Source: a virus
Taxonomy: Duplodnaviria > Caudoviricetes
Reading direction: 5' to 3' (one strand)
Virus record (IMG/VR): IMGVR_UViG_3300044698_000123
Span: 1 to 50,214 of that record
Length of the DNA stretch: 50,214 nt
A model generated the notes under the pieces. It was not told the origin of the DNA and did not search any database. It saw only the letters and a program-made list of their open reading frames with translations. This document shows, piece by piece, positions 1 through 8,293 of the stretch (the first letter of the stretch is position 1; every line of letters begins with the position of its first letter). A program made the translations under genes and the position numbers.

Positions 1-127
1 CGACCTGGATCGACGCGCTCTTGAGGTCCACCTCGCCGCCGCCCGCAGCGGCCAACGCTGTGGCCATGTCCAGCACGGCCTCGGTCGCCTGATCGAAGAC
101 GCCGCCCTTGATCTGCGTGAATGTGAG
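1..127. repeat. Terminal direct repeat, identical to 50088-50214 (circular assembly overlap)
   Basis: Exact 127-nt match between the two contig ends; the tape measure ORF reads in frame across the join. Confidence 0.97.
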
Positions 128-457
128 CAGGAGGCCCTGCACGCCCTTCGTCGCCTCGTCGCCGAACGTGGTGGTGTTCTGGAGCGCCTTGGCCATCGCG
201 TCGAGCTGGCCGACTGTCTTTCCGGCTGCGCCGCCCGTGGAGCGGATGACCGCTCCGAGCTGACCCATCTGCCGCTGTGACTGGACGCTGTTCGTGACGA
301 TGCTGCGACCGATCGCGGCCAGACCGATGATCGGCGCGAGGCGCGCGATCAGGCGCCCCAGGCCCTTGATGCCGCCGCTGATGCCCTTCAGGGCACCGTC
401 GATCTGCTTGGTGTCGCCCTCGAAGCGGACGGACGCTACGCCGAGTCGGGTCGCCAT
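1..457 (-). CDS. Tape measure protein, 5' part (continues across the join into 50087-48337; about 735 aa total)
   Basis: ATG at 457 with AGGAGG RBS; MATRLGVASVRFEGDTKQID...STGGAAGKT...QNTTTFGDE; in frame with ORF 48337..50163. Confidence 0.9.
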   Translation of the reverse strand, partial: MATRLGVASVRFEGDTKQIDGALKGISGGIKGLGRLIARLAPIIGLAAIGRSIVTNSVQSQRQMGQLGAVIRSTGGAAGKTVGQLDAMAKALQNTTTFGDEATKGVQGLLLTFTQIKGGVFDQATEAVLDMATALAAAGGGEVDLKSASIQV

Positions 458-460
458 CGT

Positions 461-1084
461 CTACCTCCTGGCCGTGGCCAAGGCGTTCTTCAGCGCCCGC
501 CCGATCTCCAACCGCCAGCTCTTGTTCAGCGAGCCCCAGACCGTCGTCTTGAAGCGCAGCAAGGGCTTGATCTTCGCTCGCGGGACCAGCGAGTAGAGGT
601 ACCGGATGCGGGTTCCGCGCCCAGAGCCAAGCCGCTGAAAAATCGCCCGCTTCCCCGCGCGGGTGCGGCCGATGAACGCCTTGCCCGAGCCGAGAATAGC
701 GCGCGGCCGCACGGAAGACGTCACGCCCTTGGACGTGCGTCGTACCTGCCGGCCGGGTACCGCAATGCTCCGGCCGTCCCTCGGTCGCTTCGTGCCGCCT
801 TCCTCGAACTTGGTCAGGATGTCCGCGCGGGCTGCACCCCCCGGAGGGTCGATCTGAATGACACCGAAGAGCGACGTCTTCTTGGCGAACGGCTTGATCT
901 TCACCGCTGCGTCCATGAACCGGGTATTTCTCGCGTGGAACGCGCTCCGCTGGTGGGCGCGCTGTGCGATCTGGGCCTTCTTCAGGCACTCGTTGATCGC
1001 CACGGACGCGGCGAAAGGGAGCTGACGACGCACGGTCGCCAGCGCACCCTCCGCACTCCTGCTGTCCATTCGCACCTTCAGCAT
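461..1084 (-). CDS. Putative neck/tail-completion protein (gpZ or HK97 gp10-like)
   Basis: Basic 207 aa protein with QLPFAASVAIN start motif, located in the tail module. Confidence 0.6.
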   Translation of the reverse strand: MLKVRMDSRSAEGALATVRRQLPFAASVAINECLKKAQIAQRAHQRSAFHARNTRFMDAAVKIKPFAKKTSLFGVIQIDPPGGAARADILTKFEEGGTKRPRDGRSIAVPGRQVRRTSKGVTSSVRPRAILGSGKAFIGRTRAGKRAIFQRLGSGRGTRIRYLYSLVPRAKIKPLLRFKTTVWGSLNKSWRLEIGRALKNALATARR

Positions 1085-1458
1085 CAGGCCTCCACGGTTA
1101 CCACGCGGCCACCCATCGCGAGCACGAGCGACCGGAAAAGCTCACCCGTTTCCTCTGACGTCATCTCCGGCTCATCTTCTTGGAGCGAGCCGAAGAAGTC
1201 TTCCGGACCCACCACCTCGTCGGTCGGGCCGCGCCACGCGTTCCGCATGACCGCCGCGACCACACCCGCCCTTCGGTCCTTGGCCCGCTCGGCGTCCAGG
1301 TGTACCTCCACCAGGGCGCCGAACTCCGACCACTCCAGAAACCAGGCCTTGTCCGGGTCAATCCCGAAGAGACACACGGCCTCAGCCCACAACTTCTCCG
1401 GCGCTACTTCTTGCGCGGGGCCCGCGCCTTTCTTCCGCCCCGCGCCTGCTGAGGGGGG
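1084..1458 (-). CDS. Tail assembly chaperone C-terminal (gpT-like) part, likely reached by -1 frameshift
   Basis: Open -1 frame encoding LWAEAVCLFGIDPDKAWFLEWSEFGAL...; no clear start of its own; overlaps the upstream chaperone at a C7 run. Confidence 0.7.
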   Translation of the reverse strand, partial: PPSAGAGRKKGAGPAQEVAPEKLWAEAVCLFGIDPDKAWFLEWSEFGALVEVHLDAERAKDRRAGVVAAVMRNAWRGPTDEVVGPEDFFGSLQEDEPEMTSEETGELFRSLVLAMGGRVVTVEA

Positions 1459-1751
1459 GCGACCCCCTCCCACGCCTGACTGATGGCCGTGGCGATGCTG
1501 TCGATGTCGTCGATGTCCACCAGCGCGGCCAACTCGTCCAGGGAGAGGGCGGACACCGCGGGCTCGTGGGCGAGCATGGCCCAGAGCGTGACGGCGATCG
1601 CCTCGCCCTCGTCCACCTCGCCCTTCTCGACCCGCTGGCCCCACTCTCCGGCGGGCAGTCCGGTGGCCTCCTTGATGCGGCGAAGCGTGGCCAGCGTGCG
1701 CCGCAGCTCCACCGCGTGCTCGCCGATCTTGATCTTCGCTCGACCGGCCAT
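1404..1751 (-). CDS. Tail assembly chaperone (gpG-like)
   Basis: 115 aa ORF immediately downstream of the tail tube gene. Confidence 0.75.
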   Translation of the reverse strand: MAGRAKIKIGEHAVELRRTLATLRRIKEATGLPAGEWGQRVEKGEVDEGEAIAVTLWAMLAHEPAVSALSLDELAALVDIDDIDSIATAISQAWEGVAPPQQARGGRKARAPRKK

Positions 1752-1754
1752 GGC

Positions 1755-2204
1755 TTACGCCACCGCTTCGTAGGTCGGCACGCCGTCCACCTTGATTTCG
1801 CCGGTGATACGGAGCTTCCCGGATCCGGACTCGGAGTTGGCGTCGCCGCCCTGGGCCGTGATGAACCCCGAGAACGCCACCCGCCACACCCCGTCGGGCG
1901 ACACGATCTGCCAGTTGCGGACGGTGCCCGCCTGGAAGAGCGAGATGACGCCCGTCCCCGCCGAGTAGCCATGCGTCGCGGCCGTCGGGTCGAGATGGCC
2001 CGCGAACAGGACACTCCCTCCGTCCATGAGCGCGGCCGGCAGGAACGCCATCGCGTCTTCGGTGTCGTGGTCGCTCATGTCCACCGCGGCGCGGCTGCCG
2101 GACGGCAGGCCGACGGTGTCGAGGTAGGCCACCGTTGCGAACGTCTCGGACGACGCGCCGTCGCCCACCTTCAGGGTGGTGCCGTGTGCAAGCTTCCTGG
2201 CCAT
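1755..2204 (-). CDS. Major tail tube protein
   Basis: AHGTTLKVGDGASSETF, DGGSV and AFSGFIT motifs typical of siphovirus tube proteins; GAGGAG RBS. Confidence 0.85.
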   Translation of the reverse strand: MARKLAHGTTLKVGDGASSETFATVAYLDTVGLPSGSRAAVDMSDHDTEDAMAFLPAALMDGGSVLFAGHLDPTAATHGYSAGTGVISLFQAGTVRNWQIVSPDGVWRVAFSGFITAQGGDANSESGSGKLRITGEIKVDGVPTYEAVA

Positions 2205-2228
2205 GGTCGTGCTCCTCCCTCTCGGGCG

Positions 2229-2606
2229 TTACAGGTTGTCGGGGTCGAACGCCCCGGGGTGCTTCTTCCTCACGTGCTCGTAGATTTCGCCCGCGTCGAA
2301 GAAGTCGCGGTGACAGACCCGGCAGATGTACAGGTCGTGGTCGTGCCACTTCCGGCGCTCCCACGGGACGGCACGCGGGGCTCGCGCGGGCGCGGGTGCT
2401 TCCGGTGCCGGGGCACGGGCGAGGCCCGGACTCGCATCTGCGACGTGGGCCTGGCCGATGACCTCTTCGAGCGCGTCCTTGACCGTCTTCCGGTTGCTTC
2501 CCGCGACCTCTTCGGCATGAAGTAGCCTCGCGTCGTCTGCGGTGAGTTGGGCGGCGCCGATGCGCGCCACCACGTCCCGCGCCTTGCCCTTCAGGATGTT
2601 GCTCAT
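2229..2606 (-). CDS. Hypothetical protein with C-terminal C2H2 zinc finger
   Basis: YICRVCHRDFFDAGEIYEHVRKKH = C-x2-C-x12-H-x4-H. Confidence 0.7.
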   Translation of the reverse strand: MSNILKGKARDVVARIGAAQLTADDARLLHAEEVAGSNRKTVKDALEEVIGQAHVADASPGLARAPAPEAPAPARAPRAVPWERRKWHDHDLYICRVCHRDFFDAGEIYEHVRKKHPGAFDPDNL

Positions 2607-3076
2607 GGTGCCTCCGGTGCGGCCGTCGGATCGTCCTCGGACGTGAAGTAGGTCACGTCAAAGCCGACGCCCTGGGCGTGGTACGTCATATCCGCTTCAC
2701 CAGCCGCGAAGCCGATTTCGACCTCGACGATGTCTTCGCAGAGCCCGTCGAGCGTGCGGTCGAGCGCGACCTGTTCGATGACCCAGACGTAAATCTCGTC
2801 CGTCTCGTCGTACAGGCTGTCCACGTCGGCGCCTGCGGTGCGGATCTCGGCGCGCACGCGCATGATGCGCTCGACGCCCGGCGAGTGGTCGAGCCGCACC
2901 ACCCGCTCGGCTGCGTCGCTTCCGGGATCCATGCTCACGGCGAGCGCGGGCAGCTCGTCGCTCTGGATCGGGCGGGCGGGACTCCGGTGGACCGTGAGGC
3001 CGTCCGGCTTGCTGCCCTCGTCCCATAGTTCCACGAGCGCGCGCAGGATCTGCTCACGCTTCGAGCGGTCAGGCAT
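2603..3076 (-). CDS. Tail terminator (gpU-like)
   Basis: Acidic 157 aa protein with REQIL, ELPALAV and DRTLDGL motifs, upstream of the tube gene. Confidence 0.7.
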   Translation of the reverse strand: MPDRSKREQILRALVELWDEGSKPDGLTVHRSPARPIQSDELPALAVSMDPGSDAAERVVRLDHSPGVERIMRVRAEIRTAGADVDSLYDETDEIYVWVIEQVALDRTLDGLCEDIVEVEIGFAAGEADMTYHAQGVGFDVTYFTSEDDPTAAPEAP

Positions 3077-3109
3077 TGCCAGCCTCCACGATGGTGTCTC
3101 GGTAGCTCA

Positions 3110-3442
3110 TCAGCGCATCTCCGCGTCCTTCACAATCAGCTTCAGCCCACTCGCCCTCAACGCCTTCTCCCACGTCCAGCCGTCCGCTTCCCGGTACAGC
3201 GCGTAGATCACACTGCCGTCCCGCGATGCCAAGACCCCGGTACGCATTGCGGCGGTGCTTGCCGTGTTGGCCCCGTAATGCGTAGCTGGCTCCACGCCCG
3301 TTGCTGAGAGGCGAACGTTGGAGAATGTCCTGTCTCCTCCCGTGTCAGGGTCCCATGCCTTCGCGTCCCGAGAAGCCTCCGTCGCCTTCGCGATTGCGAT
3401 GATGATAAAGTGTCGGTGCGCGTAGGCTGTCCGAGTCGCCAT
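3110..3442 (-). CDS. Hypothetical protein
   Basis: ATG at 3442 overlaps the upstream stop (TGATG). Confidence 0.65.
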   Translation of the reverse strand: MATRTAYAHRHFIIIAIAKATEASRDAKAWDPDTGGDRTFSNVRLSATGVEPATHYGANTASTAAMRTGVLASRDGSVIYALYREADGWTWEKALRASGLKLIVKDAEMR

Positions 3443-4218
3443 CAGAGCCCCCAACGCGTCTGTAAGTACGCTACCAGACTCGCGAGATCACCCGACGACA
3501 CTTGGGACCCATAGGCAATAAGCTCTGCGATGTCACCTTTGTGGAAAATATCAGGCCCATCACTGCGCTCCCTGGCAAACAGTGTCACATTATCTATGCC
3601 CGCCTCGTCCCCGAACCAGTATCCGTCATTTGCTCCAAGAACTACGCTATACGGTGTGTCTTCTGTTGTCCCATCCAGCATGAAGCGATAGGCCGCACCC
3701 GTGCTCTCGAAAACACCGAGGTAGGCCGTATTAGCGACCAGTACCGTGTTCGCCTGAACCGTATTGGGGCCTACGTATGTGCGAATCTTTGTCGTCCTCA
3801 CGCCAACGCCACTATTGAGGCCCGTGGCCTCGTCACCTTGTCCGACCAAGGTGGTAGAAGCGAACCCAGCGGTAAGCCGAAACACAGAAAGGATTGTGCC
3901 GGTAGAACCCGTCAGGACTTGCGTTGCTTTCTTGAGGTAGTCGTCAACGCCGTCTCCTCTCACCACAGGCAACCCATTGATTCCGTTCGCGCCCGTCTTG
4001 AGCGTAGGCTTTTTCGAGGTGGTTGCCTGCACGAGGGCATGGGCGGAAGCACTCTGATCCACCCAGCCACCGACCACATCTCCGTCAGCCGCAGCAGGTG
4101 TAGTCAGTGCAGAGTCCTGCCAAGTGCCCGCATCGGCTTTGAACCACAATGCGAGGCCGGGAACACTGAGCGGCGAGAACCCACGCCGACGCAACCGAAC
4201 CATCACGAGAGGGCTCAT
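3442..4218 (-). CDS. LamG/concanavalin A-like jelly-roll protein (putative virion accessory or adhesin)
   Basis: GLALWFKAD, VGGWVDQS, NGLPVVRGDGVDDYL, GDIAELIAY, YLQTRWG; visibly lower GC than flanks. Confidence 0.75.
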   Translation of the reverse strand: MSPLVMVRLRRRGFSPLSVPGLALWFKADAGTWQDSALTTPAAADGDVVGGWVDQSASAHALVQATTSKKPTLKTGANGINGLPVVRGDGVDDYLKKATQVLTGSTGTILSVFRLTAGFASTTLVGQGDEATGLNSGVGVRTTKIRTYVGPNTVQANTVLVANTAYLGVFESTGAAYRFMLDGTTEDTPYSVVLGANDGYWFGDEAGIDNVTLFARERSDGPDIFHKGDIAELIAYGSQVSSGDLASLVAYLQTRWGL

Positions 4219-4928
4219 GGGGCGAGCCCAAGCAGCGTAATCGCGACGTCGGCAATCGTCGCATCCGCGACAGCGGGAGCGACGAGGGACAGCACGTCAC
4301 CCGCCACGAGTGCCACCGCCCCGCCCGTCGTCACAAGCGTGCCCGCGGTCCCAGCAGCGGCGAACGTCACGGTGCCCACCGGAGCGCCGTTTACGTTGAC
4401 GGTGAAGATCGTCTCTGCCGTGGCCGCCGTCGCAGCCGTCGCGAGAGATCCGGCGAAATCGTCGGCGATCGTCACGGCACGTACCGCGACGAAGCTGCCC
4501 ACGATTTCGTCATCAATCGGGCTGCCCGCCACGAAGAACGCCAGGTCGTAGACGTTGACCGCGGGCGCGTCAGGAATCTGCGCCCAGCCGATGGAGAGCG
4601 CGGCCTGGTGGGCGGTGACAGCGTCCTCGGCTACCGTCGTCAGGTTCGCGGTCCCCGCCCACGTCGAGAGCGCCGTGTTCTCGACGGCGGAGAGCTCGAC
4701 CTGCGCTTTCGTGACGGCGTGTGGGTTGGCGACGTCGGCGAGGTGCGCGTCGAGTTCGGGTTGGGTGGCGAGGTCAGCCCACCCCGCAGTGGTCGGGCCG
4801 GTGGCAATGAGCCCTTGACCAGCGGTCGGTGCGGCCGCCGAGACCGCCACCCCACGGATGCGCGTGACGTTCGTGCCGCGGGCCACGTAGACTTGGGCGC
4901 CGCTACTGACGACAAAGACCTTGGGCAT
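4215..4928 (-). CDS. Putative fibre/decoration protein
   Basis: HLADVANPHAVTKAQVELSAVENT resembles the fibre NPHxVTKAQVGLGNVDNT repeat; Ala/Thr-rich beta C-terminus. Confidence 0.6.
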   Translation of the reverse strand: MPKVFVVSSGAQVYVARGTNVTRIRGVAVSAAAPTAGQGLIATGPTTAGWADLATQPELDAHLADVANPHAVTKAQVELSAVENTALSTWAGTANLTTVAEDAVTAHQAALSIGWAQIPDAPAVNVYDLAFFVAGSPIDDEIVGSFVAVRAVTIADDFAGSLATAATAATAETIFTVNVNGAPVGTVTFAAAGTAGTLVTTGGAVALVAGDVLSLVAPAVADATIADVAITLLGLAP

Positions 4929-4931
4929 GGG

Positions 4932-5360
4932 TTAACTCCCCACTTCGGGCCGCACACTCGCCCTCTTGTTGTAGATCAGCGTGCCCTCGGTCAGCCGATA
5001 TACCCTGAGTTCATCGCCTGCCGGGAAGATCACCAGCTCCACCACGCCCGGCGAACCGTCAGCGGGGAACGCGAGCCCGACCGTGAACAGGGCGGGCAGC
5101 GAGTAGGCAATGGCGCCGGTCTCCGGCGTGACCTCTGTGGTCCCGTCCAGCTCGTCCACATCCGGCCCGAGTTGGGCCAGCACGGTCCCGCCGATCTCAT
5201 CTCGGATCGTGATGTAAGCGAGCGTCCCGGCCTCGAACGGCTCGGGGTCGCCCGTCTCGTCCACCGCTTCGTCCACGAGGTGCAGGAGGGTGTCCTCCCA
5301 TAGAGTGCCCTCTTCCATCACCATGTCCAGCACGCCGGCGGTCCCATTGAGCAGCGGCAC
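4932..5360 (-). CDS. Hypothetical virion protein (BppU N-terminal-like beta sandwich)
   Basis: Acidic 142 aa protein in the structural operon; ends in VGS. Confidence 0.5.
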   Translation of the reverse strand: MPLLNGTAGVLDMVMEEGTLWEDTLLHLVDEAVDETGDPEPFEAGTLAYITIRDEIGGTVLAQLGPDVDELDGTTEVTPETGAIAYSLPALFTVGLAFPADGSPGVVELVIFPAGDELRVYRLTEGTLIYNKRASVRPEVGS

Positions 5361-5363
5361 GGA

Positions 5364-5684
5364 TCAGCCTCCCCGGTGCTTGCGGTTGCGAGGATCGCGC
5401 GAGCCGAGGACGATGGCCGTGTAGGCCGCGCCCTCTTCCTCGGTGTCGTAGAAGTCGTTGACCTGGAGCGCCTCGCCGTCGACCGTGATCGACGCGTGCC
5501 GCTTGAGCACGGGCAGGAGGTCGCGTGCGACATGCACCACGTCCTCGGTGCCTGCCACCCGGGGCTCGTCGGCGGCGTAGAACGCGGCCGACTCCCGGTG
5601 CCCGTAGGTGGTCACGCCACCGTAGGCCACCGTCACCCCGCCGGTGTCGCGGAACATCGTCTCGATTTCGGCCGCGGTCTGCAT
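5364..5684 (-). CDS. Head-tail joining / head closure protein (gpFII-like)
   Basis: 106 aa with ITVDGEALQV beta pattern; position after the head genes. Confidence 0.6.
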   Translation of the reverse strand: MQTAAEIETMFRDTGGVTVAYGGVTTYGHRESAAFYAADEPRVAGTEDVVHVARDLLPVLKRHASITVDGEALQVNDFYDTEEEGAAYTAIVLGSRDPRNRKHRGG

Positions 5685-5687
5685 GCC

Positions 5688-6080
5688 TCAGCCCCCGTGC
5701 TCCCGGGCCAGGACGCGCGCGCGCTTCTCGCCGTTCCGCTTGCCGACGACGACACCTCCCACCACGACCTCGTACCAGCGTGAGCCGCCGACCTGGCGGA
5801 TCTCGACGCGGGGCGCGGCCACCACCTCGGGCTCTTTCACGATCTCGCCTTCGTCCGTCACCTGGACGGCCGTCACTTCAGGTATCGACTCGGCTACCAC
5901 CTCGGGCGCCGGTGCGAACCGCGCGCGGTTGTTCGCCACGAGCTGGCGCGCCTGCCTGCCCACAAACGTGGCGAACTCGCCCACGGCGTAGGACCGGCCA
6001 CCGAAGCGGAAACCGGTGAGCACTTCGATCCGGCGGGTCGCGTTGTCCGTCTCTGCGCCCCGTAGTGTCATCTCCTTCAT
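5688..6080 (-). CDS. Small head-associated hypothetical protein
   Basis: IEVLTGFRFGGRSYAVGEFATFVGRQARQLVANNRA domain shared with the N-terminus of 8290-9924. Confidence 0.6.
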   Translation of the reverse strand: MKEMTLRGAETDNATRRIEVLTGFRFGGRSYAVGEFATFVGRQARQLVANNRARFAPAPEVVAESIPEVTAVQVTDEGEIVKEPEVVAAPRVEIRQVGGSRWYEVVVGGVVVGKRNGEKRARVLAREHGG

Positions 6081-6751
6081 GCCGCAACCTCCTGTTTTGC
6101 CGCGATCCGACGGAACGCGAACGTGTCGATGGATTCTCTCCCGAGCCGCGTCTCACGGCTGTCGTGCTCGATGCACTCGAAGCCCTGGATGCCCATCCAC
6201 TGGATCAGTCCGTCCGCGCTCCAGTACCAGCGGTGTTCGTCGGGCCGGAAGTGCTTCGAGGCGAAAACGTCATCGGCCGACGCGAACACCGGCAGCGAGG
6301 TGAAGACGAAGCCGGTCACGTTGGCGAGCATGACCGCTGGGTCCTCGATGTGCTCCAGCACGTCCCAAAGCGTGACGGCGTGGACCGGTTGCTCCCACGG
6401 CGAGCGCCAGAGCCATCGGTCGTGCAGCCAGACGACCGCGACTGGATTCACGTCGCAGCCGTAGGCCGTGCCGCCGGCCGCGTGGATCCCCTCGATAAAG
6501 GCGCCCGATCCGATCCCCACGTCCACAACGGGCCCGAGCGTCCAGCCGCGCACCAGATCCACGCGGGCGACTGTAATCGCCTCGCCGAGTGGGGTCTGGG
6601 CGTAACCGACGTACTTGTCCCAGTACGCCCGGGCGTCGCCGTTCCGGTACGGCTCGTCCGCCGCTCGCACCGGGTAATGGCCCATGCCGAGCGCGGGTTG
6701 CCAGACGAGGCCGTGCGCGAGGCCCGCGTCGAAGGTCGGGTCGCCGGTCAC
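6077..6751 (-). CDS. Class I SAM-dependent methyltransferase
   Basis: VVDVGIGSG, GCDVNP, WDVLEHI motifs; GTG start at 6751 overlaps the upstream TGA. Confidence 0.88.
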   Translation of the reverse strand: MTGDPTFDAGLAHGLVWQPALGMGHYPVRAADEPYRNGDARAYWDKYVGYAQTPLGEAITVARVDLVRGWTLGPVVDVGIGSGAFIEGIHAAGGTAYGCDVNPVAVVWLHDRWLWRSPWEQPVHAVTLWDVLEHIEDPAVMLANVTGFVFTSLPVFASADDVFASKHFRPDEHRWYWSADGLIQWMGIQGFECIEHDSRETRLGRESIDTFAFRRIAAKQEVAA

Positions 6752-7308
6752 AGAACGCCTCCGTCGCGGTAGTCGATGGGGTCGCGCCATGTGGCGCCGT
6801 AGCGGTGCGCTGTCACCCACTCGGGATCGGCGGGCACCCAGACGCCCACACCCTCCCAGGTGGCACGCGACAGCGGGAGCAGCTTCGCGATCGGGAAGGA
6901 GCGACCCTTCGCCACGTCGCACGACGCGTAGTGCCTGCGGTCCAGCATGCCCGCGCCCGCCTGGTACCACGGGAAAAGATCGACGCCGTTCGGGTTGCCG
7001 GGCGCGCGGGTCACATGGAACCAGTCGCTAGACTCGAAACGACGCGGGCCCGGAGGATGGTAGCAGGCGTCAAGGCCCACGCCCTTGAGTGCAGGCGCCA
7101 AGGCGGCAGCGGCCTCCAGGTCTCCACCCCAGACACCGAGATCAATGTCGGAGTCGTGAGCGATGAAGCCGCCCTCGCGCACGTAGCCGAGCAGCGACCC
7201 GTAGTCGAGCCACCAGCGCACGCCGGCAGCGTCCAGGACGGGGGCCAGGATGGCGAGTGTCTCGACGCACTCCTGAGGGCTGCGCACGGCGTCGGGCAGG
7301 ACCGTCAT
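6748..7308 (-). CDS. LicD/fukutin-family phosphotransferase
   Basis: WWLDYGSLLGYVREGGFIAHDSDIDLG and RYGATWRDP; ATGA-coupled start at 7308. Confidence 0.9.
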   Translation of the reverse strand: MTVLPDAVRSPQECVETLAILAPVLDAAGVRWWLDYGSLLGYVREGGFIAHDSDIDLGVWGGDLEAAAALAPALKGVGLDACYHPPGPRRFESSDWFHVTRAPGNPNGVDLFPWYQAGAGMLDRRHYASCDVAKGRSFPIAKLLPLSRATWEGVGVWVPADPEWVTAHRYGATWRDPIDYRDGGVL

Positions 7309-7718
7309 GGCCGCGCCTCCCGGAGCTTCGTGCTGCTGATGTTTGGGGTATAGGGGAGCAATACCCACTCGACGCCGAGCCGCTCAATCGTCTCGTGCCC
7401 CTCAATGAGACGATCCCAGTCGTCCCCGTGGATGAGCATGTCGGGGACAAATCGTTCCAGCACATCGGTTGGGTCGGTTGTGGTCTGCGGGACCACTACA
7501 TCAACGAACCCGAGCCTGGCGACGGCCCGCATGCGGATCTCGCTATTCTGGGCCGGCCAAACGTCCTTGTAAGCCTTCGCGCCGACGTCGGAAAGAACAC
7601 CCACAACCAGCACGTCGCAGAGCGCGCGTGCCCTCCATAGCAGCAAGAGATGGCCACGGTGCAGGAAGTCCCAGCACCCGGGCACGTAGGCGATTCGAGG
7701 AGTTGCCGAAGTCGTCAC
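7305..7718 (-). CDS. TagD-like (glycerol-3-phosphate type) cytidylyltransferase
   Basis: PGCWDFLHRGH (HxGH), LVVGVLSD, HGDDW, LPYTPNISSTKLR. Confidence 0.9.
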   Translation of the reverse strand: MTTSATPRIAYVPGCWDFLHRGHLLLLWRARALCDVLVVGVLSDVGAKAYKDVWPAQNSEIRMRAVARLGFVDVVVPQTTTDPTDVLERFVPDMLIHGDDWDRLIEGHETIERLGVEWVLLPYTPNISSTKLREARP

Positions 7719-8293
7719 GGCGTCACCGTCCAGATCCGGGTGCCGGACGGCTTCGTCCAGCCGGGCACGAGATCGTCCACGGCGCGGCGCACGTCCTTCC
7801 AGTGCAGGTCATGGCCGGAGAGCAGCCCGCCGGGCGCTAGGAGGCGGCGATATGCCTCGATGTCCCGGCGCACGCTCTCGTAGCGGTGGTCACCGTCGAT
7901 GAAGATCCAGTCGAACGTGGCGCCGTGCGCGGCGAGTAGGTGGTCGGCAGCAGCGAGGGAGTCCATGAACACCGGCACGACGCGGCCCGTTTCGATGTAC
8001 GGTGCGAGGTTGGCGCAGAACTCGGCGCAGACCTTGGTCGGGCCGTTCTCGGCCTCAGCCTCAGCGTAAAGCACGTCCTGTTGCACGGGATCCATGGGCA
8101 CGCCGCCGAAATGGTCCACGGCCCAGATGCGGCCCGGCGAGTGCTCGGCGAGGACGAGCGTCGTGCGCCCCTTCCAGACACCGACCTCGATGATGCGCTG
8201 ATGGCGCTCGGCCGTCTGGGCATGCCAAAGCAGCTCAGCTTCCGTCATCCACCCATCGGGCAGCGTGGCCAGGTCGACGCTCGGCGTGCTCAC
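7715..8293 (-). CDS. Class I SAM-dependent O-methyltransferase (Methyltransf_24-like)
   Basis: IEVGVWKGRT, AVDHF, FIDGDHRYE, LAPGGLLSGHD; GTGA-coupled start at 8293. Confidence 0.9.
   Translation of the reverse strand: MSTPSVDLATLPDGWMTEAELLWHAQTAERHQRIIEVGVWKGRTTLVLAEHSPGRIWAVDHFGGVPMDPVQQDVLYAEAEAENGPTKVCAEFCANLAPYIETGRVVPVFMDSLAAADHLLAAHGATFDWIFIDGDHRYESVRRDIEAYRRLLAPGGLLSGHDLHWKDVRRAVDDLVPGWTKPSGTRIWTVTP

Noticed and set aside
6077-8293. Cassette methyltransferases as DNA methyltransferases
   Set aside because: They lack DPPY/NPPY or PCQ motifs and match small-molecule or glycan O-methyltransferase patterns
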